This document shows positions 24,601-37,030 of a stretch of 64,000 nt of DNA, in pieces. How positions within the stretch are numbered: position 1 is the stretch's first letter; every line of letters starts with the position of its first letter. This stretch comes from Octopus sinensis (taxonomy: Eukaryota): the NCBI RefSeq assembly GCF_006345805.1, contig NC_043015.1:24738001-24802000 (forward strand), in the 5' to 3' direction. Below the pieces are notes generated by a model. It saw nothing but the letters and a program-made list of their open reading frames with translations, was not told the origin of the DNA and did not search any database. A program made the translations under genes and the position numbers.

Positions 24601-25060
24601 TTCTATTTCATCAAAGGCTTCGAGTAATACGTTTCTAAATCTCTGTCCATTTGCAGGATCTTTAAGTTTCCAGACCCTTCTCCTCCAGGCTGGACTTCTT
24701 CTGGGCATCCATTCAGCCCTGATCCTGAAGTCGCTAACTACTAATCTATGTTGAGGGTTACATTCTTCACCTGGGAAGGTTTTGGCATTTATAAGCAGCC
24801 CTCTTTCCCTTTTTCTGGTGAGGATATAGTCAATTTGGCTAGTGTGTCTGCCAGAATGATAGGTGACTAGGTGGCGGGTGGGTTTCCTGAAGTTGGTATT
24901 GCAAACCATAAGATCATTTGCATCGCAGAACTCCAGCAGTCTGGTTCCCTCCTCATTGCGGGAACCAAAACCATAGCCTCCATGTATGCCATGGAAGCGC
25001 CCTGCACATTGTCCAACATGTCCATTGAAATCACCAACCACAAAAAGAAGGTCTCTGTCA
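21681..25060 (-). mobile_element. RTE-clade LINE, 5'-truncated within the AP endonuclease, with 3' UTR and (GAT)n tail
   Basis: APE motifs VGDFNGHVG, RNEEG..LLEFC, SQIDYIL, HRLVV. One in-frame TAG at 24430-24432. RT ORF follows. Tail (cat)n at 21681-21707. Confidence 0.96.
22423..24429 (-). CDS. RTE reverse transcriptase with embedded PHD finger (open after the premature stop)
   Basis: KAPGPSG, NYRGIKLL, QFGF, FIDMEKAFD, GSVLSP, LLYADDL. C4HC3 motif at 23077-23208. FRYLG, LHGSETW, WYGHVVRM, RGKPRKTW. Confidence 0.93.
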   Translation of the reverse strand, partial: KDWKNGGSRELYQTARREARRQVYLARGEADKKKFANVLHHEDQRLEVFCVARQCVRENRDVVGEKYVRMDDGSLALNEDAKREFWRHHYERLLNKENKCDKESLPNVNPTEGPAIRVDSSMVVKAIRSMNSGKAPGPSGITAEMLKISGSVGYSLVTRIVNQVIHEGIIPNDWCSSIIVNCYKVKGDTLDTNNYRGIKLLDQVMKATERVIAQLIRETVNLDEMQFGFMPMKSTTDAIFLVRQLQEKYLAKDKPLYVAFIDMEKAFDRVSRSPIWWSMRKLGIDEWLVRAVQAMYRDAVSKVRVGNVYTEKFKVEFGVYRGSVLSPFLFIIVLQAITEEFKTGCPWELLYADDLALIAESLPELEEKFQVWKEGLESKGLRVNLAKTKVLLSRKADKPQTPSGRWPCSICRKGVGRNSIRCTQCKLWTHKRCSNVKGRLTGKIVFVCGRCSGAINTENVQRPTSVTFQGEKLEVVDSFRYLGDQVSSGGGCAESVTARVRIAWAKFRELLPLLVTKGLLLRVKGRLYDACVRTAMLHGSETWAVTAEDMRKLARNEASMLRWMCNVSVHTRQSVSTLREKLDLRSISCGVQERRLHWYGHVVRMDENRCVKKCQSLAVEGTHGRGKPRKTWDEVVKYDLRTLGLTEAMTSDRDLWKYAVREKTQQDK

Positions 25061-25592
25061 GATAATTCTCTCCTTAGAATGTGAGCTGTACCCAATAATG
25101 CTGTCTTCTGTACCACCTCGAGCCTGACAGCAGCTCCAATATTCTTAATGTTTTTTAAAGCCCTTGGAAACTGCTCCTAATGCTCCAATTACCACCGGTA
25201 TCACTATTACTTTCTTCATGTCCCATAACTTTCCCATCTTGTCCTGCAGTGGCTGGTATTTCTCATCCTTTTCTGTTTCCTCACATTTCACCCATCAAGC
25301 GTCTGGTATTGCAAAATCTATTATCTTTACTTCTTTTTCATCTTTATGGTTGAGCACGATATCTGGTCGTCTCACCTCTATGACTTTGTGGCACTGCATG
25401 TTAAAATCCCAGAGTATATTGTAATGTTTGTTTTCCATTACTCCCTCTGACTTCTGTTCATACCATTGTTCGGCTCCCTCTTGAGGTTTGCTTTACTGCA
25501 CAACAACCAGTGGACATATCTGGCTACATTGTCGTGTCTCCTTTAATATTTGCATTGTGCAAGCTTACAGCACTCACTAACAATATGACATA
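25061..25592 (-). mobile_element. R4/Dong-type RLE fragment
   Basis: HIVSECCKLAQCKY*RRHDNVARYVHW, ILWDFN, RRPDIV, IIDFAIP, VIPVVIGALG, VQKTALLGTAHILRR. 5' end beside (AAT)n. Confidence 0.88.
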
Positions 25593-25620
25593 TTAGTATT
25601 CTCGTTATTATTATTACTGT

Positions 25621-26168
25621 GCAGTACCAGGCAGTGGCTCTCATGGCTTCTGATCTTAACTGATTAGAAGTGTTATCATGTACATTGTTTTGTCTTGGTA
25701 TAAAAGATGGGCTACAGCAAATATTCTGCTCAATACCACAGATTTGCTTGTCAGTTGTTTCACCTTAACCAGTTGAGCATGTCCCTTAGTGGCTGACGAT
25801 ATGTGCATCTCTGATCACGAGCAGAAGTAGTAGGGGAGCATCATAGCCATGTGTTGAGAGGGATTCTTTGGGGTTTGAATAATTCACCTCTGGAAACATG
25901 GGTGGTTCTTTCAACATCCTTAAACAACCCTTATTCAGGGACCTTTTGAGTGGGATGGGCTACTCAACCTGAAGAAAATTCTAACTGGGCCCCACCTGCA
26001 AGGTCATGTGCTGTTTATCTTGATATGAGATCACCATGTCGCGCACATATGGTTGTGATGCATGTGCCTGGTGTACCTTTATCAGACGGGTAGTCATGAT
26101 GGGTATATTGGGCTTCGTATATTTTACCCCAGTGTCACTTTGATGGCATGCACTGCTCTCTCACTCAA
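25621..26168 (+). mobile_element. ~550-bp non-coding repeat with (AAT)n tail (candidate Dong-dependent element), copy 1
   Basis: Near-identical reverse complement of 27950-28494. Ends '...ctctctcactc' + (aat)n. No ORF. Confidence 0.8.
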
Positions 26169-26218
<50 letters not shown>

Positions 26219-26221
26219 TTC

Positions 26222-27792
26222 TATGTTTGACTTTTGCTTTATATTTGTACAAGTTGGCTCCAAGTCTCACCCAGAGACCTCAAGAGACAACAGGGTTGGA
26301 AGTTCATGTTGTTGTTATGCCTAGTGTGCCATATATTTGGGGGGTGGGGATGTTGTACTAATGAATGTCTAAAAAAAAAAAAGTTTTTTTTTTTTTTCTT
26401 TTTTTTTTAAACCGAAAATTATGGTTGTTTTAAACCTTGAGGTTACATAGAGAGTATTTTGCGTAGGATATGAGCAGTTCCCATGAGCACTATCTTTTGA
26501 ACTTCTGCCATTTTTGGGTTTCCTGGTATCTGAGTTAGGTAGCTATCAGCCCCTTTTGCTATCATTCCCAGGGCACCTATGACAACAGGTATTGTTTTAG
26601 TCTTCAGCTTCCACATTTTGCTGATTTCTATTTCAAGATCTTTATATTTGCTCAGTTTTTGGTAGGTCCTGACAGATACGTTTATATCGATTGGGACAGT
26701 CATATCAATGAGGAGGCATGTTCTTTGTTTGAAGTCTTTCAATATGATGTCTGGACTATTTGCATCTATCTTCCTGTCAGTTTCAATGGTGAAGTTCCAG
26801 AGGAGTGAGATGTGGTCATTTTCAAGCACTGGGGGTGGTTTGTGTTCCCACCAGTTTTTTTCATGGGGCAAATCCAGGTTTTTACAGATTACCCAGTGAA
26901 TATATTGTGCAGCTCTATCGTGCCTGTTGAGATACTCTGTAGGCGCTAGAAGACTGCACTTGGAGACCACATGGTCAATGGTTTCATTTTGTTGCTTGCA
27001 TACATGACACGTTGGACTGCTTCTGATCTTTAATATGTTGGCCTGGTAGTTTCTTGTTGGTAGGCATTGATCTTGAGCTGCTATGATAAACTCCTCTGTT
27101 TCAGATTTTAAGCCAGAGGCCATTAGCCATTGATGGGTCAGGGCTTTGTCGATATCTGCATTATTCGCTCTCTTTGGGTATTTGCCATAGAGAGGTTTTT
27201 CTTGCCATTTATTATTCAGAATATCTAAGGCCGCAGTTTTGGCACGGGTTTTCATGTGCCTAGCTTTTTCTGTGCTTGTTTCTTGTATGTCTATCTCTAA
27301 TTCCGAAATTGGTTGTATTCGGAATTCACTTAGATATTCCTTTGCCTGTTTTGTGACTGAGTATGATGCTTTCTTGTTTTCATGTTTTGAGACAAGTTTT
27401 AACATCCAGTCCTCAGAGTTTTTCAGGTAGGTGTCTAGGCCAATTGTAGCAATCTTCATTGTTATTGCCAGTTGCAAAAGACCACGGCCTCCCTCTTTTC
27501 TTGGCAGATAGAGTCATTCTGTATCTGCCTTAGGGTGGTGCATTCTATGCATTGTCAACAGTTTCCTTATTTTTCTGTCGAGCTGACATATTTCAGTAAT
27601 TGACCAGTTAACAATATTGAAACTGTAAGTCACGACTGGTATAGCTAATGCATTGATTGCTTCGATCCTGTTTCTTGCATTCAGCTCTGTCTTGAGTATT
27701 GCTCTCACTCTTCGATAGCATTCTCTCCTGATCCTTTCCTTCATCTCTGAATGCCTTATTCCGTTCCCTTCAATTACCCCTAGGTACTTGTA
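26222..27792 (-). mobile_element. R4/Dong-type non-LTR retrotransposon, 5'-truncated
   Basis: YKYLG, NARNRIEAINALAIPV, ORF 26443-27477 with CHVCKQQNETIDHVVSKC (CCHC), RHD, PDIILKD..LLIDMTVP..KLSKYKDL (PD-(D/E)xK). Both ends lie in (AAT)n. Confidence 0.94.
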
Positions 27793-27819
27793 TTATTATT
27801 ATTATTATTATTATTGTTA

Positions 27820-27856
<37 letters not shown>

Positions 27857-27873
27857 CATCATTATTATTATTA

Positions 27874-27911
<38 letters not shown>

Positions 27912-27949
27912 GTTATTATTATTATTATTATTGTTATTATTATTATCAT

Positions 27950-28494
27950 TGAGTGAGAGAGCAGTTCATGCCATCAAAGTGACACTGGGGTAAAATATAC
28001 GAAGCCCAATATACCCATGATGACTACCTGTCTGATAAAGGTACACCAGGCACATGCATCACAACCATATGTGCGTGACATGGTGATCTCATATCAAGAT
28101 AAACAGCACATGACCTTGCAGGTGGGGCCCAGTTAGAATTTTCTTCAGGTTGAGTAGCCCATCCCGCTCAAACGGTCCCTGAATAAGGGTTGTTTAAGGA
28201 TGTTGAAAGAACCACCCATGTTTCCAGAGGTGAATTATTCAAACCCCAAAGAATCCCTCTCAACACATGGCTATGATGCTCCCCCACTACTTCTGCTCGT
28301 GATCAGAGATGCACATAACGTCAGCCACTAAGGGACATGCTCAACTGGTTAAGGTCAAACAACTGACAAGCAAATCTGTGGTATTGAGCAGAATATTTGC
28401 TGTAGCCCATCTTTTATACCAAGACAAAACAATGTACATGATAACACTTCCAATCAGTTAAGATCAGAAGCCATGAGAGCCACTGCCTGGTACT
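27950..28494 (-). mobile_element. ~550-bp (AAT)n-tailed repeat, copy 2 (inverted relative to copy 1)
   Basis: Reverse complement of 25621-26168. Tail merges into (ATT)n 27791-27950. Confidence 0.8.
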
Positions 28495-28583
28495 CCATGA
28501 GAGCCACTGCCTGGTACTCCATGAGAGCCACTGCCTGGTACTCCATGAGAGCCACTGCCTGGTACTTTATGAGAGCCACTGCC

Positions 28584-28584
<1 letters not shown>
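28471..28584. repeat. 24-bp tandem repeat, 4 full copies plus 1 partial
   Basis: ccatgagagccactgcctggtact at 28471, 28495, 28519 and 28543; partial copy at 28567. Confidence 0.95.
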
Positions 28585-28643
<59 letters not shown>

Positions 28644-30424
28644 CATCATCATTATTATTATTATTATCATTATTATTATTATTATTTCCAATTGAAGAAA
28701 AACATACTTATTACACATCGTAGAGTTTGTAGAAGAAAAGCTCATAATTCACTCTTTTGCAACTCAGACTTCGCAATGCAGAGCAATCTTTCAGCTAAAT
28801 TGTGGGATTTCATGGAAATTGTAAATAAACATCAGCATTATACAAACAGTGTCCTTCATTTCCAATATTCTGTGAAAAATCCTGTTTCACCATGGATTAG
28901 CATGACCTATGTGGTGACATGAAGGACACCCAGCTGTAGAAGATTTTTCTCAAAGAATAACTTTTGACTTATGCAAGCAAGGTAAATTGGACATTAAAAC
29001 TATGACAATGATGATGATGATGATGATGATATTGATTATCTACTAACAACAGATATTTATAAATATACATATATCATCTGGACTACACTCAGCAAACTCA
29101 TACCTCAGTATAACCAAAATATACATGCGCATTGTATACCACAATAATGTACATTATACCCTCCCTCCCCCCTCTCTCTCATACACACACATTTGTGTAC
29201 ACAAATATACATGATGTAAATTTGTCGTCTCTGTGTGTTTGTTTATATGTAAGCTTCAGCTGCAACAATGTCTGCTGTATTCGCAAAAGTTTGCTATTGT
29301 TACACACGATGATTATGGTGGTGTTGATTGTGAATAGAGGAGATCAACCTCTGATAAACATATAACTTGCAGCAATTATTTCTGGTTATAACCGTTATTC
29401 TGGTGTTATCTCCTAGAGTCCACCTGCTGCCATCACAGAAAAACCTGTTAATTACAGAGGATTCAGTTTCCCCACACCTTCAGTGTCACAGTTAACGAGG
29501 AATGAAGGATATGGCTAACTCAAACATAAATCTGTCAGATGAGGAAACTGCAGCACAATTGATTGATCTGATAAATATAGTAACTAAATACTCCTCAAAT
29601 GACATCCTGGTGTCTTAAAACCAAGACAACAGCAGATTAAGTAATTTAATTCTTATGTGGTAGCTTTCTGTGATGTTTGGAAATTTAGATATCCTTAAAG
29701 ACAAATAAAAGAGCATGCTTCAGTAAGAATGCCTTTGATGTTAGGCTGCCAGTCCAATACTGGTTGTCAGTCTAATGATGTTAGGTTGTCAGTCTAACTA
29801 GGACTCAGCTAAATTTAACCACTGCCACCATTGCCATACATTCACCAACATCACTGCTGCCAGCATGCTATAATCACCACCGCCACCACCACCACCACTG
29901 TCACACTACCACAATAATCAGCATGCTACCACTACCACCACCATAACCAACAACATCAACAGCAACAAGAATTCATGAGGCTCTTTTGTGTATATTTCTG
30001 GATTGTTTCTATTTCTTGGTGGTACTGTTCTTGTTTAACCCCAGGTCATCTCCAACTGAGTAGATTCTATGATCAAAGGCAGACCATTTGGCAATAGCCT
30101 GATACCTTTTATCAACCACAGTGTACTTTTGGAAACAATATTCAAAGTATCTTAAAAACTGGCAGACAGTGATTAGAGGGAGATTTGTCTATTTTGTCTT
30201 GCAGGTCATGTAACAGATGCTTCTTCGATGGCTTGTTATTGTTTAATTCAAATCATTTCTCAATGACCAGACATATGGTCCAAGCTGTTCCATCCATGAC
30301 CATCCTGTATTCTTTTTCTAATGGAATATAAGTATATCTAGCACTATATCAGCTATTGTCCTTTCCTCCTTTTTGTGTTTTTAATTGGTCAAATGGGTTA
30401 CAGTTATGACCACCTAAAACTTAG

Positions 30425-31150
30425 TCATCATCGTTGTTTACGGTCCAGTTTCCATGCTGGCATGGGTTGGATGGTTTCACATGGTACTGGCTAGCAGGGA
30501 GCTGTCCAGACTCCAACTGTTTCTTGTGGCATGGTTTCTATGGCTGGATGCCCTTCCTAGTGCCAATCACTTACAATGGTGTACTGGGTGCTTTTTATGT
30601 GCCACCAGCACAGGTGCGTTTATGTAGCACCAGGATGGATAGATCTAAATAGCACTGGCACAAGTGCTTTTTATGTGGCACTGGCACCTGAAAGGAGAAG
30701 CCTATATGTGTGGAAGACAGCAATTTTACTTAGCTTTTCCTGTTTTATCAAGTGCAGCAAAATGCCACATCTCCCAACCCCTTGTTCTTTCCTCAGTGAG
30801 GCCCAGTATCCACTCATGTCTCACCACTCATGTCTTCCTGGGTCTTCCCATTCCACAAGTTCCCTCCACAATTAGAGGTCAGCACTTCTTTACACTGCTG
30901 TCTTCATCCATACACACCACATAGCCAGACCAGTGCAGTCGTCTCTCTTTCACACAACATCTGATACCTCTTATACCCAGTTTTCCTCTTAAATCATTTA
31001 CACTTTGTCATATGTGCATACTGACATTACCCATCCAGTAAAGTGTGCTAGCTTTGTTTCTTTCAAGCCTTCACAAGTCCTCTGTAGTCATAGCCTATGT
31101 TTCTCTGCCATGTAACATAACTGTATGTACACAGGCATTATACAATCTGT
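30425..31150 (-). mobile_element. Older RTE LINE 3' fragment
   Basis: Diverged match to 21700-22860 (RLHWSGYV, KKC, TCGMGRPRKT*, 3' tail). Confidence 0.8.
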
Positions 31151-32659
31151 TTTTCATTCAGCAAAAAGAACATAAGATGAATAAGAGAAAATTTAGAAGA
31201 CATATTTATTGGTGTCAGTTCGTTTGACTGAACCATTTTAGGCAAAACTCCAATATGGCCACAGTCCCATGATGGAAACTGGTGGAAAAAGTAGGGAATC
31301 TAGAATGAGATTGTCCAATATGTTTCCATTGATTTTACAAGATGGTTTGCTCTTTATTAAAGGGAAATTTGGCTGCCATTTCTAGCAGAGCCTAGTCCTT
31401 TGACTTGCCAGGTCCTGTTGAACCATCCAACCCATGGCAGCATGGAAAATGGATGGTAAACCATGATGATGATGACTCTAGAGATCATTCCATACCCATC
31501 AACCTTGTTTCCATCTAAAATGAGGATCCATAACACAGGAACAAGCCTACAAATGTGCAGACAGGCTTTATAGATAATCATTTGACCAGAACTCATATTT
31601 ATATTATCCCACGAAGGGAGAAAGGTAGCGTCAGTTTTGGAGAATTAGAACTAAGAGCACAAAGAGATGCCATGAAATGGTAAAATACATTTTATTTCTA
31701 TCCAATCCATCTTTTTTTATTATCCATTCTGCTTCTCATATCTTTAATGGCATCCTCTAAAAAAAAGAATAATAAGCTATATCAACCTCAGCAAACCCTT
31801 AACAGTCTTAGAGTTTCCATCAGTGTTCAATGGCAGGATGTTTCAATGAATTATTGAATAATCGCTGCGAGAGAATGACAAATTGGTTAACATCGCAGCA
31901 GGAAATATGGAGTTAGAAAAGAAGTTACTGAACTGCCCTCTTGACACATCAAAGCAAAAAAAAAAACAAAAAAAACAATAAAACAATAAAAAGCCAAAAA
32001 AAGAAAACAGAAAAAAGAAAAAGCATTTAAATGACTTCTATCCAGTAACTGGTCCTCCTAAGATTAGCAGTTAAATGTCCCTCAAATCGTACATAAATGT
32101 CTTGAATAAGAAATAATGCATTGGGTGTTATTATTATGCAGGATGTTCAAACAACATAAAAGCTTATTTTAAATTAAGAAACAAGACTGGATGTTCATGT
32201 CTAAAACATCTTTAATCACAGGTCTGCTCAGTCTCAATCAGGGATGATTAATGACTAAATAACAAGGATAATTATTTCAAAATTAAACACAATATTTATT
32301 ATTGTTGCAGATGAATTTGAGATAATAACATTAATTCATCTTAATTGAATCAATGAAGTTAATGATTTTTGTTTTTCTTTTTTTTTTAGTAACCACATCG
32401 GCTCTGATTGTGTAAAGCAATCATCAAAAACACTGCAGTCATTATTGTCTCACTGTTTTAATGTGAACCTATGATTACATTATCTAATGTGTGTCCTTCT
32501 CATCTTCAGACAATGGATTATGATTCAAGAGAGATTTGGCTGCTATTTTCTAGCAACTTGGGTGACCATTTAAAGGGGTCATTCCTGGTTTGAGATCAAT
32601 GAAGTACATCTAATGGAATGGTAAATATTTTTTTTGAATAGTTAAAACAGGTTATCATT

Positions 32660-32975
32660 GTCACTGTTTAATGTCCACTTTCCATGCTGGCATGGGTTGG
32701 ATGGTTTGACTGAGGGCTGGCAAGCCAGAAGGCTGCACCAGGCTCCAATCTGATCTGACTAAGTTTCTACAGCTGGATGCCTTTCCTGATGCCAACCACT
32801 CCGAGAGTGTAGTAGGTGAATTTTACATGCCACTGGCATGAGGGCCAGTCAGGCAGTACTGTCATCAACCATGATCAAAGGGTGTTTTTTACGTGCCACC
32901 AGCATGGAGCCAGGCAGGCAGTACTGGCAATGATCACGCTGAAATGGTGCATTTTACATGTCACTGGCACAGGAT
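32660..32975 (-). mobile_element. RTE 3' UTR/tail fragment
   Basis: 'tttaatgtccactttccatgctggcatgggttgg...ctacagctggatgcc...gagagtgtagt' matches 21709-22080. Confidence 0.8.
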
Positions 32976-33229
32976 CGATCAGGTGATAGTTGTATCTTTC
33001 TATAAAAATAAGTATTTGAGCTTGACCTGCCAGTAGTAACAGCTGAATATCCTTCAAATCACAGAGTAGAACTTTAGATAAATGAAGGGCACACAAACTA
33101 ACTGGGCAGCATCGGTGTGGCTGATTTCCTGATGTGCAACTAAAAGCAGCTTTATGACCACAAAATCATGTTTTAAAACCTTAAAAAATGGATGGACGGA
33201 GACATTGGATTATATATCATCATTATTAT

Positions 33230-33650
33230 CATTTTAATGTCCACTTTTCTATGCTTGCATGGGTTGGACAGCATTTATTGAAACACAGTTTCTATGACCA
33301 GATGGTCCTCCTGTTGCCAACCATCACCTCTTTCCAAGCAAGGTAATGATATCTCCTCGTGGCTAAACATGTTTCCACAGAATCATCATCATTTTTTATT
33401 GTCTGCACAATGCTTGTATGGCAGTGATATTCATTTACAACAATCACACTTAAGACAAAATTAGGACACATGTACACACATATATGCATATAAGATGGGA
33501 TTCCTTCAGTTTCTGTCTATCAAAATCCACTAACAAGGCCTTGGTTGGCCCAAGGCTACAGCAGAAAACATCTGCCCAAGTTGCTATATGGTCAAACTGA
33601 ACTGAAAACTATGGGGGTGGGAAAAAAACCTCTTAACCACACTGACGCCC
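33230..33650 (-). mobile_element. Degenerate RTE-tailed SINE / family B related copy
   Basis: 'ccttcagtttctgtctatcaaaatccactaacaaggccttggttggccc' is the family B core reversed; RTE-like tail at 33230-33330. Confidence 0.6.
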
Positions 33651-33679
33651 TTGCATCCTTTTATTGGAAAATGTTTATG

Positions 33680-33692
33680 CACACACACACAC

Positions 33693-33728
<36 letters not shown>

Positions 33729-33763
33729 AACACACACACACAACACACACACACACACACACA

Positions 33764-33810
<47 letters not shown>

Positions 33811-33818
33811 ACACACAC
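33680..33818. repeat. (CA)n microsatellite
   Basis: Long, nearly pure ca run. Confidence 0.97.
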
Positions 33819-35939
33819 TCCTACAAAGATGTGATGGTAATAGCTAGAAGTTGTTTGATTATAGGCCTCTGCTCAATCAGAACAAGAAAGTTATTAAATA
33901 ATGTAGCCTTTGGAATATCAAAAACAGAAATCACTTGGATGGTTGCAATTGGAAAAACTTAAATTGTAAAAACACTCAGCCAAGTTCACAAGCTAAAAGG
34001 GAACTTGTCTTGGACCATTCCATCTCCTAGAAAGACAAACCTAACAGAAACCCAAACGTTGTGTTGTTCTAAATAATGAATGTTCTTGTCAGGAACAATT
34101 CAGGATTTAGTGTATTCTGTTATAGATTTTCTCCGTTTGGGACTAGTACTGAATCCTAATTGAATAACAGTTAACACAGAACCAACAGGGGAATCTCTAT
34201 GTGTTATTTTAATCACATAAAAATACAAGTCATATCTCTTTAGAATTAATCATTCCAAATTGGCCCCAATCATCTTCTCAGGAGAGCAAAGTTAGCACTG
34301 TGTGTGTCCTTTAGCAATGTTCAAATGTTTAAAAGCCTGCTCAAGAAAATGCATAATTACTCTGTTACATTTAATTATTGAGTTATATACAAGGTTCTAT
34401 CAAGTTTTATATTAATTTTTAAATAGAGATCCATCGTTTGTTGTTTACTTACTTATATTTAAATACATATATCTTTCAAGTGAGTAATGAAATTGAGTAA
34501 GCAAATTTGTTGTTTATAAAACCAATTTATAGAGTAGAAAGAATCTCTAAAAACTGTGGAGATCATGTGTTTATTTGTCTAACTCTTTTGTTATCATATT
34601 TCTACTGAAACACACTGCCTTTGAAAATAATGAAGAATTTAGTGAGAGAACTTTGTCATTATTAAGCAAGAATTTAACAAATTTTAATGAAGTCTTGATG
34701 AAAGTTTGAATTTAAATCATTTTAAAGTATAAAATGTGCTTCATAAAATCCAGGACAATCTCAGGATGGAAAGACTTGGATAAAAGAATTGATATTGAAA
34801 AAGTTGAGAATTAATACATCTAACCATTTTTTCTAAGACTGAAATAACATGATCGCAGTTGAAATGTCTTGGACCAGAAACTAGATAGATTAGAACTAAA
34901 CTGGTCCTAAACAAACACCAAGAGCAGCAAATATCAGTAAAATTATCATCATCATCATCCTCATCGTCATTGCTGTTTTGCACTCTACTTTTTCTTGCTT
35001 AGACATGCCAGATGCAAGTATTTTTCTGTTGTCCACTGCACTTCAAGATGCCAATCCCCACAACAAATTATCTGAACACGTTTATATTGAAAACCAGAAG
35101 AGAAACAAATGGCCCTAAGATAAGCATTTTTCTTTACAAAGATCATCCAATGTGTCAAGATATACATTTCTAATGAACTGCAAGCAAAACCACACAATTA
35201 GCAAAGCCAGTGTTTACAACTGGCAAATGAACATATGAGCAGATGCCCTCTTACAAACACATATACCTTTCAGTTTCCATTAACCAAATCTACTCACAAC
35301 CCAAGTCAAAACACATGTGCCAAAGGTATTATGCAGTGAGACTGAACCTGAAATCAATACAGCTGGGAAGCAAACTTCCAAGACACAAAGCCATGTTCAA
35401 GCTTCTGTGATTGGATATTTTATTCTTTTTACTTTCTTTCTCTCAATTCACCAAGGAAGGATAATAAAAGACCTTAGTTTCAAGGAGGTCATTCTTCACC
35501 ATTCTGAGCAAAGAACTAACAAACGGTCTCGTAAGAGCTGCTGCAGCAGAATGCAGCACATGAGTGGGTGAACTATCCCCAGAAGAGAGATGCTGATCAA
35601 ATGTTTCGGACACAGGGTATACTACAAAAGGCTTACATCTACACACCAAAAAATGATCCCATTCAACACCAACGTCCACTATTTGTTGCATGTAGTCATT
35701 GTTATGTTCAGTGGCAATACAGATTGATCAACTGTATCACCAAAGATCAGGTAAAGTGTAGTTTAAATGATGGGCCTCAACAAACATTCGAAAAAAATTT
35801 ACAATTTCACATATAAAGCTTGCACCACATTTAGATTATGGTAATAAAATATCCACTAATTGTGAAATGAAATAATTAAACATACTTCTAATGATTTCAC
35901 TATAATGTCCACCATTTTCATTTATATAAACAAACTTAC

Positions 35940-36046
35940 TTCCAAATCTTCATTGAGTTCTTTACATCGGCGCTTTTTCAGGCGAAGCTCATCTTGGACA
36001 ACATGCAATTTCTCATCCAGAGTTTTCTTTTCTTCCATTTCCTGAG
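35940..36046 (-). CDS. CCDC39: Internal coding exon of coiled-coil domain-containing protein 39 (axonemal ruler)
   Basis: Acceptor 'ttttcttgtttccag', donor 'gtaagt'. 107 nt, phase 1 to 0, encoding xQEMEEKKTLDEKLHVVQDELRLKKRRCKELNEDLE. Aligns without gaps to vertebrate CCDC39 [36 protein letters not shown] as recalled from memory (not searched). Confidence 0.8.
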
Positions 36047-36272
36047 CTGGAAACAAGAAAACAAAAAAAGGTAGGGTTATAATGCAACCAAAAAATGACC
36101 AAATTTTCTATGGACAACAGATAAAACTTGCATGGCAAGACACAGGAGCAAAGTGACCAAAGACCTTCATTTCAGTAAATTAATAGACAAAATTAAATAT
36201 CTCAGTGCACCCCAATTTTTATTTGGTATCAAAACAGACCAAGAATACAAAATGAAATGAAAACTAATATAA

Positions 36273-36636
36273 AACAAGAGCACTCAGAGAGAGCAAACCT
36301 CCACCAAAGCAACATCATCCTCTCAACGATTAGTCAAAGATAATTCCTAAAATTAGAATATCTGAAATAAATTCGACTGCTCTCACAAACAAAGATACTA
36401 AAAATGAGCCTGACCATTCTCAGAAATTAAGTAAATGAAAACAGAAAAAATAGTTCATAATCCTTGTCCAGTATCAGATCAATCCCTAAATCTAATCAGT
36501 TTGTATCAGTCACAAGGCCAAACATCCCTGAAAGTTCCATCTGAATTCATCCAGTGGTTCTTGAGATATCTTGTCCATGGACAAACAGACAAACACAACT
36601 GAAAATAATACCTGTGCCTTCACTAAGGCAGAGGTT
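36273..36636 (-). mobile_element. Helentron-associated (HINE/DINE-like) non-autonomous element
   Basis: Terminal hairpin acctgtgcctt-cact-aaggcagaggt (36610-36635). Related subterminal motif 'aacctccaccaaagc' near 36296. A-run flanks (TT target on the minus strand). Confidence 0.6.
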
Positions 36637-36727
36637 AAAATTAAACAAAAAAATTAGCTCTTATATATTGATATATATGCGTGTGTATGTGTGTGTTTAT
36701 ATATGTATCTATATGTATTTATCAGTA

Positions 36728-37030
36728 AGAGTGTATGGCCCAGTGATTAAGGTGTCACACTTATGACAGGTAGATTGTAATTTCAATAACTGGACCAGGT
36801 ACTACACTGTGTTCTTGAGCAAAACACTTCATCTCAGGCAGCTCTACATTCACTTCAACACCCTACGTGTGGTACACTGTGCATCTGTTCAAGCAATGTC
36901 AATTTGATTGAGAGAATGCACCAATGCGCAGCACATGCAGTCGATTGCTATAAGCAAATTATTTGTGCAAATCATTTAACCGAACCTGAATACTCATACC
37001 TCGTCTTTGAAAGCAGATTCCATCATCTAT
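36728..37030 (+). mobile_element. Old tRNA-derived SINE related to the 43301 family
   Basis: 'tggcccagtgattaagg' A-box-like; 'tgtgttcttgagcaaaacactt' shared with 43378-43400. Confidence 0.6.

Noticed and set aside
28471-28584. CRISPR-like 24-bp repeats / MRATAWYS peptide repeat
   Set aside because: Repeats are contiguous with no spacers, there are no cas genes, and the context is eukaryotic. The ORF continues into a microsatellite.
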